A DNA stretch of 64,000 nt from contig OZ287759.1 in assembly GCA_965649765.1 (NCBI GenBank), positions 30,442,001 to 30,506,000 on the forward strand. The letters run 5' to 3'. Both the position numbers and the translations under genes were made by a program. Source of the DNA: Bispira polyomma. Taxonomy: Eukaryota. Below the pieces are notes generated by a model, which had not been told where the DNA came from, made no database searches, and was given only the letters and a program-made list of their open reading frames with translations. Positions 53,646 through 64,000 of the stretch are shown one piece after another (the first letter of the stretch is position 1; each line of letters begins with the position of its first letter).

Positions 53646-53990
53646 GTGGTCTCTGTGGCCTAGCGGTTATAGTGTTGCACTTTGTATATGAGAGAGATCT
53701 GGAGGGTCCAGATTCGATCCTCACTGCAGGCTTGGAGATTGTACCCTGGACAAGGTGCTTTACACAAATGTTTTCCCTCTCTACCCAGGTGTATAAATGG
53801 GTACCTGGCCGCTAATGGTTGTAAGGCTTTGTGCGCCGTATTTGGTAGCATGGCTAGTATGCTTCCTGAGGGAGCTGAGACTGAACAATTGGTTGACAAG
53901 TCATAAAACCCAGACTGGGGGTGTAAACTGTACAGCGCTTTGAAAGAAAGCGCAATATAATTGTTACATTTATTAATATATTATAATTAA
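53646..53990 (+). mobile_element. Full-length CORE-SINE (family B) with L2-like tail
   Basis: tRNA head (tggcctagcggtt; gattcgatcc), MIR-CORE-like ccctggacaaggtgctttacac...gtataaatgggtacc, and tail agcgctttgaaagaaagcgcaatataa. Confidence 0.85.
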
Positions 53991-55499
53991 TTTTAACGGT
54001 TATACCTTTCTGTTGAATTTTAAAAAATGCCTTAAATATAAAATTCCTCTTTTAGCTGAAGGCAGAGTGGTATAATTAGTTGTCGAGTTTAAGTTTTTGT
54101 GCTTTCTCATTAGAATTTATAAATGTATATTTTAAATGCAAAAAGAAACATAAAGAGTTTTACCAATACTTTTGAACCAAACTAAAACCTTTCTGTACAT
54201 TACTTATTTTTCATAGGTCAAGAAGAGCAAACTAATTACATATCGGTAATGAAAAGTTTTTAGAAGTATTAAAAGATCCCTGCAAAATTAATCTTTAAAG
54301 TTGATATAACAAAGTGATAAACCTATTATTTGATCAAGTAACCTTTCTATGAGATCATTTTGATGAAACGGATATTCAATCTGGATGGTAATAAGGCAAA
54401 TGTGAAAGCTGAGATGCTGCAGGTAATTGGTAAACACATTTTTAGTCATTGTAAAGGTTATTCTTACCGAGCTATGACAATTAAGGTCAGGTTGCATTTT
54501 GTGCAAACTACTGCTCAATGCAATAAAGTGAGATTTTAATGTACAAAACAGCTTCATGATATCACTTTCTCTTTTCTTTTTGTCAAACCCAGTATAAAAA
54601 GAACAAATATGTTATCGATAAAATAATTTCCTGATGATTGGAAAATCTTTTCATTTTGAGACATTAGGTATATTTGCATACATTTTTGTCGTTTTCAGTT
54701 TATCTGTGACAAATATTTTTACAATTTGGTATAAGTTTAAAGTATAATTACCAATAATACTTTATATATCAACCTATTCCAAACAAGAGTTGTCTTTTAA
54801 AAAATACACAAAGGCACAATGTGAAATACACTAACAATGATATGGCCACTATATACTCGGGCCCCAAGCTGACACCCCTCAGTTTGGCCGGGTTGATTTC
54901 TTCCAACCAATCCATGAAGGTCTTACATATTTTTTTACATAAGATTGTGGCTTTCTTTTCAGAATGGAAACAATATCAAGTTTACAACTGCTTTTGTGTT
55001 AATATTTACAGGAATGTGTTCTAAGTTTAAGTGCACCAGCTTTTATTGTATACCATGGCAAAGCTGTCCTACCATCAAACATTCATGGGAGAGGGGTGTC
55101 CCCTTCTTTTTAATGAGGACAAATGTAGGCCACTGTGCACATCAGAAAGATTTACACAGCAATAGTAACAAAAGGTCCAGGTCAATACTGCACTTTTGAA
55201 TAATGTATGCACCATTGCATGTCATCAATAATTCATGGTGTCTTAATTGTTAAAGGTCTTATATTGTAATAGAGGGACAGTGTGATACCATAAACAAGAG
55301 ATGGGGGCAAGTGAGTAGTCATAGTCATGAATGAGGTAGATCTTGTTACACATTTACTAGACTGAGCAAACAAAGGGAAAACAAATAAACATGCTCATAT
55401 TTTCAGAATTGAGGTTAAGCAGAACCTCTGCAGGGGACCACTAGTTCAGTCCACACACCCCGCATCACTAAAAATTATCCTTCTACTTCTAAATTTAAT

Positions 55500-55664
55500 A
55501 AAATAATTATAATAATTATTCGTTTGATATAGCGCATTATGAACATCACTGTTATTTAACGTGGTTTGACATTATTACCCCAGCCTGGGTTCTTCCACTT
55601 GTTCAGTCTCAGCTACCTCAGGAAGCATACCAGCTGTGCTGCCACATACAGCGCAAAAAGACTA
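55500..55664 (-). mobile_element. 3' half of a family B CORE-SINE split by the Ngaro insertion
   Basis: Reverse complement matches 53825-53960 (tatgcttcctgaggtagctgagactgaacaa). Confidence 0.85.
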
Positions 55665-55890
55665 TAACTAGTAGGACACTTTAGGGCACTAATGATTCAG
55701 TCCTCATAGCAAAGTTTACACCTCTACCTTAAATGTGTGAACTACACATAACTATGCTTAACAAATTTGTCTGTCTATCCACAAACTGACCAATCAGAAT
55801 AGGCGGCTTGTAGCTTAATTCCCGTGTTTTGAAGGGATTCCATATTAAAATTTGCTAATGACATGGAAGCAACAGAAAATATTTTAAGCA
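55665..55890 (+). repeat. Ngaro repeat A1
   Basis: 226 bp, one mismatch to A2 by eye. Contains a CCAAT motif (ccaatcaga). Confidence 0.95.
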
Positions 55891-56013
55891 AGCAAATAGA
55901 CAATTTTACATAGATTTTAGTCAACTGTTTTAATTTTTTATACATTTTATTGTGTTTTATTATATGTTGGCTGCTTGCAAGTGTATATTTGTGTACCACA
56001 TTGTGTGTTAATT

Positions 56014-57260
56014 ATGAGGAAAACAACAAAGAAGACGCCGCTCGTTTCACAATTAAAGAAATCCACACGTCAGAACAAGGGTTCAACAACAAGGACGGGG
56101 GACAGGGGTCAACAGGTAAATACATTATCTCGCAACTTACAGAGTATTCTGACAGAAGCCGTTGGTAATTACAACAGTACTTCTATGATTGACCCTGACA
56201 ATGTCCCCGTCCCGGCCAGTATCACAGCTAGTACACTGCCTTGTTCTAGAGTACCCCTGTCGGGAGAATCCACATCAGATGAAATGCTAAACATATTAAA
56301 ACGTCTGGAGTCGTCTAATGCTGCCTTGTCGCAAAGGTTGGACAAACTTGAGTCGGAAGCGTTGAATCAGCACATTCCAGTGCAATCTCAGGGCCTATCG
56401 GCCACACAGACCACGCGTATTGCTACAAATCCACTCCCGGTTCCCAACTTCACAACGGTTCCACAGCAGCAGCCAGCCGTGGCTCATGTCAACATGGCGA
56501 CACAGCCAAACGCTGCTCAGGCCAACCCTCAAGAATTCGCCCGTGATGGAATCGTGCCAAACTTGATGCCTTGCGAACCATGCCGTCAGTACAAGCGGCT
56601 GTCACCCAGCAGTTGGCTCAGTATGAGATGGCAGCCATTAGAGAGTTAACTCAAGGTAAGCGACTTAAATCTGGAAGATTTAATAGCACTGACATTACTA
56701 TGACCGATGCGAAACGCAGATGGCCCAACGAGGGCTGGGTTGGCGGGGCCACATGCAAACATCCAGTCTATGATGACTTATCACTGCCCTAATGGGCAGC
56801 AGGTCAACTGTCAAACACATTACTCGTCACCGACATCAACGAGATGCGCGGGATCATGCAGCAGCTAGTCTATGCACTGAGAGACGCAGCCTCGCTTCCA
56901 TGGCCGGTCGTTCACGCTGCGTGGGCACTAAATATGCAAGAGGTACAGGAGGGCAGATTAACCTGGACTGATAGCACGCAGTGGGCCATCAACAGGCTCA
57001 ATGCATCACAGGTAGCTATGGCAAATGGTAATTCAGGGGGTAATGGAAACTTCTCTAGTAACAGTAACACAGGGGAGGGGAAATCAACAATATGTAAGCA
57101 CTTCAATAGTGGAAAATGCACATATAAAGCAGATCATGGGGTATACAAGCATAACTGTTGGCATTGTGCCAAGGTGTTGGGGAAAGAGTCAAGCCACCCA
57201 GAATTTAAGTGCTTTAAGGCAAACGCCAGTAAAATTGAGAACAATACCAGTACAAAATAG
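56014..57260 (+). pseudogene. Ngaro gag-like ORF1, disrupted
   Basis: Three ORF-track pieces join with a 1-nt frameshift at ~56565 and a TAA at 56790 (LP*WAAGQL, probably CAA originally). Contains a coiled-coil segment (LKRLESSNAALSQRLDKLE) and a C-terminal Zn finger CKHFNSGKC..H..KHNCWHC..H. Confidence 0.8.
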
Positions 57261-60031
57261 GTAGTTTACCGACAACTAGGGACAGAGACAAAGCAATGTA
57301 AAATTGAGAGCAGTGATAGTATTTTAAATGTTAATGTACATAGTGTTGATAATGAGAGTATTATGAACAAAAATCATGATGATCTAAATGAGTACATAGT
57401 GGAAAATGTTAAAATTTGTGAAAATATTAAAAACAGCACAAATAATATGCCTTCTATTGTTATAGAATCAGAAATTTTAGGTGATGAAATGACCAATCCC
57501 AAAGGCTCATCTGGCTCCTCCTGGGTGAGAGATGAAGGGCAGGAACTTGCAGAGAGTGCACTTCACGAGCTCCAGCATAGCAAAATAATGGTAACAAAAA
57601 GCGCATACAATCCAGAAACTCATAGAGGGCATGTTGTTACAGGTAGCACTGACCAAGCAATGAATCAGGGCAAGGTTAGGAATTTAAAAGAAGTTGAAAT
57701 GGACAAAACTGTCACAATTTCTGAGACAAATTGGGCATATGTTGATTTTACAACTGGAAATAAGTGTCCTATTGTACACATAGCTGATCACAATGGTCTT
57801 AGTCAAGGTTTTTACTGTTTAGAAATAGATTTGGTCACTGCTGCCTCTCTGTTTTATAAAGTTGAATTTAAACCTAATGGTTTATTGCAAATAATTAACT
57901 CTTACCAAGTGTTGGGTAAAGACCTGAATGTAACAAGTAATTGTAACAGCAAAATTGAAATCAGATCTCAAAGAGAAATAAATCAGGCAGCAATGGTTGC
58001 TGACAATTATAAAGCAGATGTAAAAAGTTTACAACAACATGGTAAAAACCATACTGAAATGATGGAACAAGTAATTGACTCATTGATATATAACTGTGAG
58101 CATGCAATAGATATTAATAATATAAACAGTGAAGATGAGAAAAGTCTGAATCACCAGCACTGGGCAGGGGCAGAAGCCCATTTCAATGCAGGTAAAGTAA
58201 ATTGTGATAAAATACACACTCGCTGTCTGTCTTCTTCTAAAAGTTCAAAAAATTTTGTCATTGACGAGATCAGTGTAGCTGGCTCAATGAACTCAGACTT
58301 AAGGGACTTTAATGACAAAAATAAGGAAATAGGTTTATAGCTTTAGCTCCTATTAAGTACACTTTTTGTGGTCCTGACAGATGTGGGGAAAAAATTGACA
58401 CCATCCCAAAAATCTTAGAAATGGCTAAAATAATTAAAGACACAGGGGTACCCAATTATAAACAGGCTAGAATCCCTGTTAGTTCAGACTTGCACATTAA
58501 GGCATGGGAGGACATGCTAACGGAATATCCAGATGAACTCCTCATACAATACATAAAGTTTGGTTTCCCTCTGTGTCTGGAAGATCCAGACAGCGTCAGA
58601 AATAAAGACATAAAAAATCGCTTCTCAGCTCTTCAATTTCCCTATGAGGTTGGAGAATATCTAAGAAAAGAACAGCAATGGGGTGCCATGCTAGGTTCAA
58701 GTAAGGAAATTGACACAATTGACTACAACTGCTCTCCTCTGCTTACCAGGCCCAAAGATGGTAACAAGCGTCGTGTTATACTAAATTTGTCACACCCATA
58801 TGGGACGTCTCTCAATGACTACGTGAACAGGGACAAATTTGACAATGTAGCGTTCGCGTTAAAATTTCCCACCATTGATAACATCACAGATGCAATTCGC
58901 AAAACGGAAGACGTAATGTTATTTAAAATTGACGTGGCCCGGGCGTTCCGCAACTTGAGAGTTGACCCCGTAGACGCAGTCAAACTGGGCATATTTTGGA
59001 ACAATGAGTATTACATAGACCCGGCAATTGCATTCAGATGGGTACACGGCAGCGTGGCCTTTCAACACTGCACTGACGCAATTACGTCACACATGCGCAA
59101 ACAAGGATACAATGTATTTGGGTATATAGACGATTACATGGGCATAATTAGTAAAAAGGATGCAGAACAGGGTTTTGAGAGTTTACACTCACTACTCACA
59201 AAACTCGGTTTACCTATGAACGCAGACAAACTAACTGCCCCTTGTAGGAAGCTCACATGCTTAGGAATTGATTTTGACTTGGACAAAGGTACTATAAGTA
59301 TTCAGCCTGAAAAACTCAAAGAAGTGTATGACGCATGCGTGGACGCCATTGACAAGAAATACATAGGCAAAACAAAATTTCAATCACTTCTTGGAAAATT
59401 ACTCTATGTTCATAAATGTGTAATTCCGGCTCGTGCTTTTATCAATAGATTACTAGCAGCCTTTAGAAATAACCATGACAGAAAGCGATTTAAGGTTGCA
59501 CAAGATATGAGGAATGACTTACAATGGTTTATTTCGTTTATGAAGAAATTCAATGGAATTACTTTTATTAACCACAAAAATATTCCTTTTGCAAATGAAC
59601 TGCATCTGGACGCATGTCTTACAGGCTTCGGGGCAATCTATAACGACGAAGTATATGCCACCCCGTTTTATAACTTATTCGACCAAGATCTCACGATTGT
59701 ACATCTCGAAATGTTGAATATAATAGTAGCACTACGTGTATGGGCCAAAGTATGGGAACATCAAGCAATTTGTATCAATTGTGATAACATTCAGAAAACC
59801 AAAGACCCTTTCTTAGCTTCATGTGTAAGAAACATTTGGTTCATTACAGCCACATATGATATTAAGTTAGAAATTAAACATATACCAGGGAAGGTAAATG
59901 TAATTGCTGATCATTTATCAAGAATTTACTCTAGTAAGCCTCCTAATGAACTGGTAATGCAGTCATTACTGAGTAACTTCAGGTGGAAACATGTACCAAT
60001 TGACTATTTCAATTTAAGTTTATTCATATAA
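57261..60031 (+). pseudogene. Ngaro pol: long N-terminal extension, reverse transcriptase and RNase H
   Basis: The 325-aa ORF joins the 536-aa ORF if one T is restored at ~58336 (IG-FIALAPIKY...). RT motifs KIDVARAFR, YIDD and CLGI; RNase H motifs LDAC, HLEMLN, CDN and ADHLSR. There is a probable short in-frame deletion after CDN. Confidence 0.9.
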
Positions 60032-60063
60032 TTGTAGGCTCTACAGTAATCAGTCAAACACTG

Positions 60064-61014
60064 ATGTCTTCAGCTTGGTTAAGGATGAACTCATCACTCA
60101 GGCCTAAGACTACTACAGCATACAAAGGAAACTTCAGGACATTTCTCAGCTTTCTTCAAGTGGTGGGCATTCGACAGATTACTGTACATGCTGTCATTGC
60201 TTTTATTGAATATTTAATTCAGAACAACCTGTCTCCAGGGGCTATTAGTAATTACATGGCTGCAATCAAGTTCACAGCTAACAAATTTAACTGGGACATG
60301 ACACCCTTTACACATAATTCAGTAGCTCTGTTGTTAAGGAGCTTGACACATAACTCAGCATTTAAACACAAACCCAAAGGCATTTTTACAATAGAGGATC
60401 TAGTGGAAATCTCAAAAGCATGCAATATACTAGAGGACCCAATATTATTCAGGGCAGCATTCATGCTGGCGTTTTTTGCATTCTTGAGGGTCTCAAACAT
60501 TGCCCCTCACTCCAGAGCCACTTTTGACACAACTAGACATTTCTTAAGGCAAGACATTGTTTTCGGCGAGCCTGGTGCACATATCATATTAAAATGGGCA
60601 AAGAACTTACAGAACCGCACAGACACCCATATCATACAGATTCCAACTCTAAAAAATAAGCACATTTGCCCAGTCACAGCTTTGAAGGCACTGTTGCAAT
60701 CAAGACCACTCTCGCCAGTACATCCCTTGTTCGCAGCAAATGTTAGTCCTTTTCACACAATAGTAGATTCACACATCAGGGTAGCACTGCAAACAGTTCT
60801 AGAACATATAGGCATACAATATGCATCACATGGTTTTCATACATTTAGAAGGTCCGGGGCCACCTTCGCCTTCAATCACAATGTTTCATTACAAAACATC
60901 ATGGCCCATGGCCTATGGAGGTCCTCCTCAGTATGGACATACCTACAGAAAACTTGACAAGCTGCGTCTATAGTACCACTTACATTTGCTGCAGCTATCC
61001 CTTCCTCCATTTAG
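60064..61014 (+). CDS. Tyrosine recombinase (phage-integrase family) of the Ngaro element
   Basis: Catalytic R (FLRVSN), HxxR (HTFRR), HGLW and WTY. The TGA at 60955-57 lies after the catalytic Tyr and is probably premature, since the frame continues QAASIVPLTFAAAIPSSI*. Confidence 0.92.
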
Positions 61015-61022
61015 TTTGGCTT

Positions 61023-61482
61023 GGGGCTTAAAAATTTGTTAAAAATGTCAAAATTTTAAGCATTATATTTTAATATTTTATGTAACATTGTAAATATTAC
61101 TAACATGTACAAAAATAAAACCTCAAACCTAATCTTTTACTACCTGTCTTTCACCAAACATCACTCTTAATTTACCTAGGCTTTACCTTCTGCAGAAATA
61201 GCTTTAGAAAATCTGACCTTGCATTGTTTGACCTTACTTTTCAATCATGGGCACTGTAACTAGTAGGACACTTTAGGGCACTAATGATTCAGTCCTCATA
61301 GCAAAGTTTATACCTCTACCTTAAATGTGTGAACTACACATAACTATGCTTAACAAATTTGTCTGTCTATCCACAAACTGACCAATCAGAATAGGCGGCT
61401 TGTAGCTTAATTCCCGTGTTTTGAAGGGATTCCATATTAAAATTTGCTAATGACATGGAAGCAACAGAAAATATTTTAAGCA
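61023..61482 (+). repeat. Ngaro internal B1-A2 junction
   Basis: B1 (234 bp, contains AATAAA) directly abuts A2 at gggcactg|taactag. Confidence 0.95.
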
Positions 61483-62335
61483 TCCCACCACCTCCCCTTT
61501 ACCACAGCTAGGGATAAGGTTTTTCTATGGCACTAGATTAGAATGGACTTAAGTCACAAGGTTATAATCCCAGTTAGATCTGGGTAGGTCGAACCGTGGG
61601 CCGTGTGGGGGCGGGGTCCAGTCTGCTGTAATCCTCCCCCCTGAGCAAACCACTGGGGTGCCAGGGTAGAATAGGGGCTCTGAGAGGCTGGACCTACCCC
61701 TGCTAGGCGGGGTTGTCCAAGGCCCTCGGTTCCAACCTGAATAAGTACTGGTAAATAGGGAAATTTAAAAAAATCTATACAACTTCAACCCTGTGGTATT
61801 AGGTCTTAAAAATGTTTAAGGTACAAATGACACATTTGTAACTGGAATTGTTTTAGATTATACTCAGGAAAACGTATGCGAGGGGTAAACATTAACAAAT
61901 GACATTAGACTACATACGAGATTTGTGGTTTATGACAAAGTTAAGGTGTGGAAATACTTGGCAGGGAACGTTAAAAATGTAGATTTATGGGACGCTTATG
62001 GCGACCCTCATAAAGTGTAAAAGGTGGGTGAAGTACATCACTCACATCAGAAAACACTATCAAATGTAATGATTCATGGCAGACTAGAGCTGGTTAAAAG
62101 TTGAAACAAGCGTTAAATGCAAGCACAAGTGTGGTTCTTTTTAAACTTACAAGTTGTATAAATGATTTTATTGGTCAAAGTTGTTTTTAGTGTATGGGAT
62201 TTATATATCCATTGTGTTTAATGGTGTATCTGACTATTTATGTAATACAATCATTTATATTATTATTGTGAGGCTAGTCCTGTGTTATTGCTTATGGCTA
62301 GACCTATACTTGTATGATTTAGTACCCTTTAGTAG

Positions 62336-62569
62336 GGGGCTTAAAAATTTGTTAAAAATGTCAAAATTTTAAGCATTATATTTTAATATTTTATGTAATA
62401 TTGTAAATGTTACTAACATGTACAAAAATAAAACCTCAAACCTAATCTTTTACTACCTGTCTTTCACCAAACATCACTCTTAATTTACCTAGGCTTTACC
62501 TTCTGCAGAAATAGCTTTAGAAAATCTGACCTTGCATTGTTTGACCTTACTTTTCAATCATGGGGACTG
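62336..62569 (+). repeat. Ngaro repeat B2
   Basis: 234 bp, three mismatches to B1 by eye. Confidence 0.95.
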
Positions 62570-62716
62570 ACACCTGTAAGCAGCCAGGTACCCATTTAAA
62601 CACCCGGGTAAAGTAGGACAACTTTGTGTAAAGTACCTTGTCCAAGGGCAGAATTATCAGGCCAGCAGCCAGAATCTAACCAGGACCCTCAAACCACTTG
62701 GCAACAGAAACCACAC
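62570..62716 (-). mobile_element. 5' half of the CORE-SINE split by the Ngaro insertion
   Basis: Reverse complement tgtggtttctgttgccaagtgg...cccttggacaaggtactttacac...aaatgggtacctggc matches 53646-53820. Confidence 0.85.
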
Positions 62717-62845
62717 AAAAAGCACAGCTACCAGTATTAACCCTTCTGTCCATCTCCACCCTTCTTCCAATCACAGGCCGAGAGACCTGTCACCTGTAGC
62801 TTCTGTTATCTATTAGTCCATATTGAATTAAGCCTTCGACCTGTC

Positions 62846-63080
62846 AGCAAGCATTGCGCTTCACAATCACTGGTCTCTCACCTCTGGACAGCGTGAGTTC
62901 GAATCCTGTCAATGCCTATGTGGGAAAGGTGGTAGTTCCTTACTGTGGGCCGCTGGTTTCAGTGCAGAACCTTGATCAACTGTATGCAGTGTTTCCTCCA
63001 GCGTTTCCAACTACCCGTCCCAATATAACCTAAACAGGAACTAGAGTGGACATTAAATATTCCAATTCAAATTCAATTCA
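62846..63080 (+). mobile_element. Family A SINE, slightly 5'-truncated
   Basis: Near-identical to the 24735 and 29335 copies, with a (caatt/caaatt) tail. Confidence 0.9.
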
Positions 63081-63780
63081 AACTCACCATGCTTTCTTTG
63101 GTGGCAGTTGTAAATTTCGGTTTACTGTCCCCCTTAGGATTCCCTTCATTTTAGGCATTCGTATGATGGGGTAAACTGTTAAATAGGGTGTAGTGAGATA
63201 TGAAAGAAAGTTTTTTTTTATGTGACCCAGACATTTCGCTGGTGTCCCCTCTCTATAGTGACATTAAGCATGTCCCAAAAATATAATATTTCCGTTTGGT
63301 TTACATTGTCACTGTATATTTCACTTCACTTGCCTGGACAGCTGACACGTAGAAGTTGGTTTATGAGCTATTAAAGTGTAAAGCTCTGTTGCAGATACAC
63401 TGACCATAGGTTAAGGTTAGCGTAGATTTATAGCCAATTAATGGGCTACATTAATTTCCATTATCTAGGGGGCGAGTTGCCTCCTTTATAGGTTGTAATT
63501 GTTGAACCTCATTTATGTGGTGTTCATGAACTATTGGTGTCCTGGGATACCATGTTGAATGTTAGATTATGCAACTGTTACGCATTATGCAACTGGTAAT
63601 TCCATGTTGGTTTTGGCATAGCAGTTTTACGTACATTATGGCACACATGTACTAGTTTTATCATGTATACTAAATGTACACTGCCACATGTATTATGTAA
63701 ACTTGTTTTACTTTGTCTTGTCCTATATTGTTTTTGGGGTTAAACCCCCATTCATGAGGCTTTTAGTGTTTTGTCTATAT

Positions 63781-63920
63781 GGGGCTTAAAATTTCTACTT
63801 TTAAATTTTCTAGCTTATTTTTAATCATACTCAAACTGTACATAATACTAACTTGTGAAAATTAAACGTTCAAACTATATATGTTACTGTCTCGCATACT
63901 TATACCTGGCTTACCTTATT
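63781..63920 (+). repeat. Diverged homologue of the Ngaro B repeat
   Basis: ggggcttaaaa start; tgtacataatactaacttgtgaaaattaaacgttcaaac vs tgtaaatattactaacatgtacaaaaataaaacctcaaac; tacctggcttacctt vs tacctaggctttacctt. Confidence 0.55.
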
Positions 63921-64000
63921 TCTCATATCTCTCAAATTAGCTGGACTGTGTACTGTGGACAGAACTATAATTTTCAAATCTAATTCTATTGTATAATTTT

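Larger units (their letters stand above)
55665..62569 (+). mobile_element. Ngaro-type (DIRS order) tyrosine-recombinase retrotransposon, full length and defective
   Basis: Split direct repeats A1 (55665-55890), B1 (61023-61256), A2 (61257-61482), B2 (62336-62569). gag, RT-RNaseH and YR ORFs in order. No classical TSD. Confidence 0.95.

Overview
AT-rich animal genomic DNA, probably invertebrate and possibly mollusc-like (an inference from the SINE, L2, Harbinger and hAT content), with two assembly gaps. Two spliced host genes can be reconstructed by hand. (1) A minus-strand secreted PAN/Apple-domain protein that the ORF track misses: signal-peptide exon 3491-3548 and phase-1/1 PAN exon 173-412, running off the left edge. 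(2) A complete four-coding-exon NUDT19 acyl-CoA diphosphatase (17006-20454, about 381 aa) ending in the PTS1-like tripeptide SNL. The rest is largely mobile or repeated DNA: tRNA-derived and CORE SINEs, L2 fragments, Harbinger/hAT/Tc1 MITEs (some nested), two decayed Harbinger transposases, a hAT relic containing a DIRS-gag-like fragment, a 12-bp minisatellite, a 45/42-bp satellite with a ~935-bp higher-order repeat, and an old tandem segmental duplication (~25.9-48.0 kb). The most informative element is a full-length Ngaro-type tyrosine-recombinase retrotransposon (55665-62569) with split direct repeats A1...B1-A2...B2, inserted inside a CORE-SINE. It shows a candidate in-frame gag-to-recombinase splice that skips pol, a single in-frame TAG between gag and pol, and a GC-rich multi-stem structure between A2 and B2. 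All calls come from manual reading; no searches were run.
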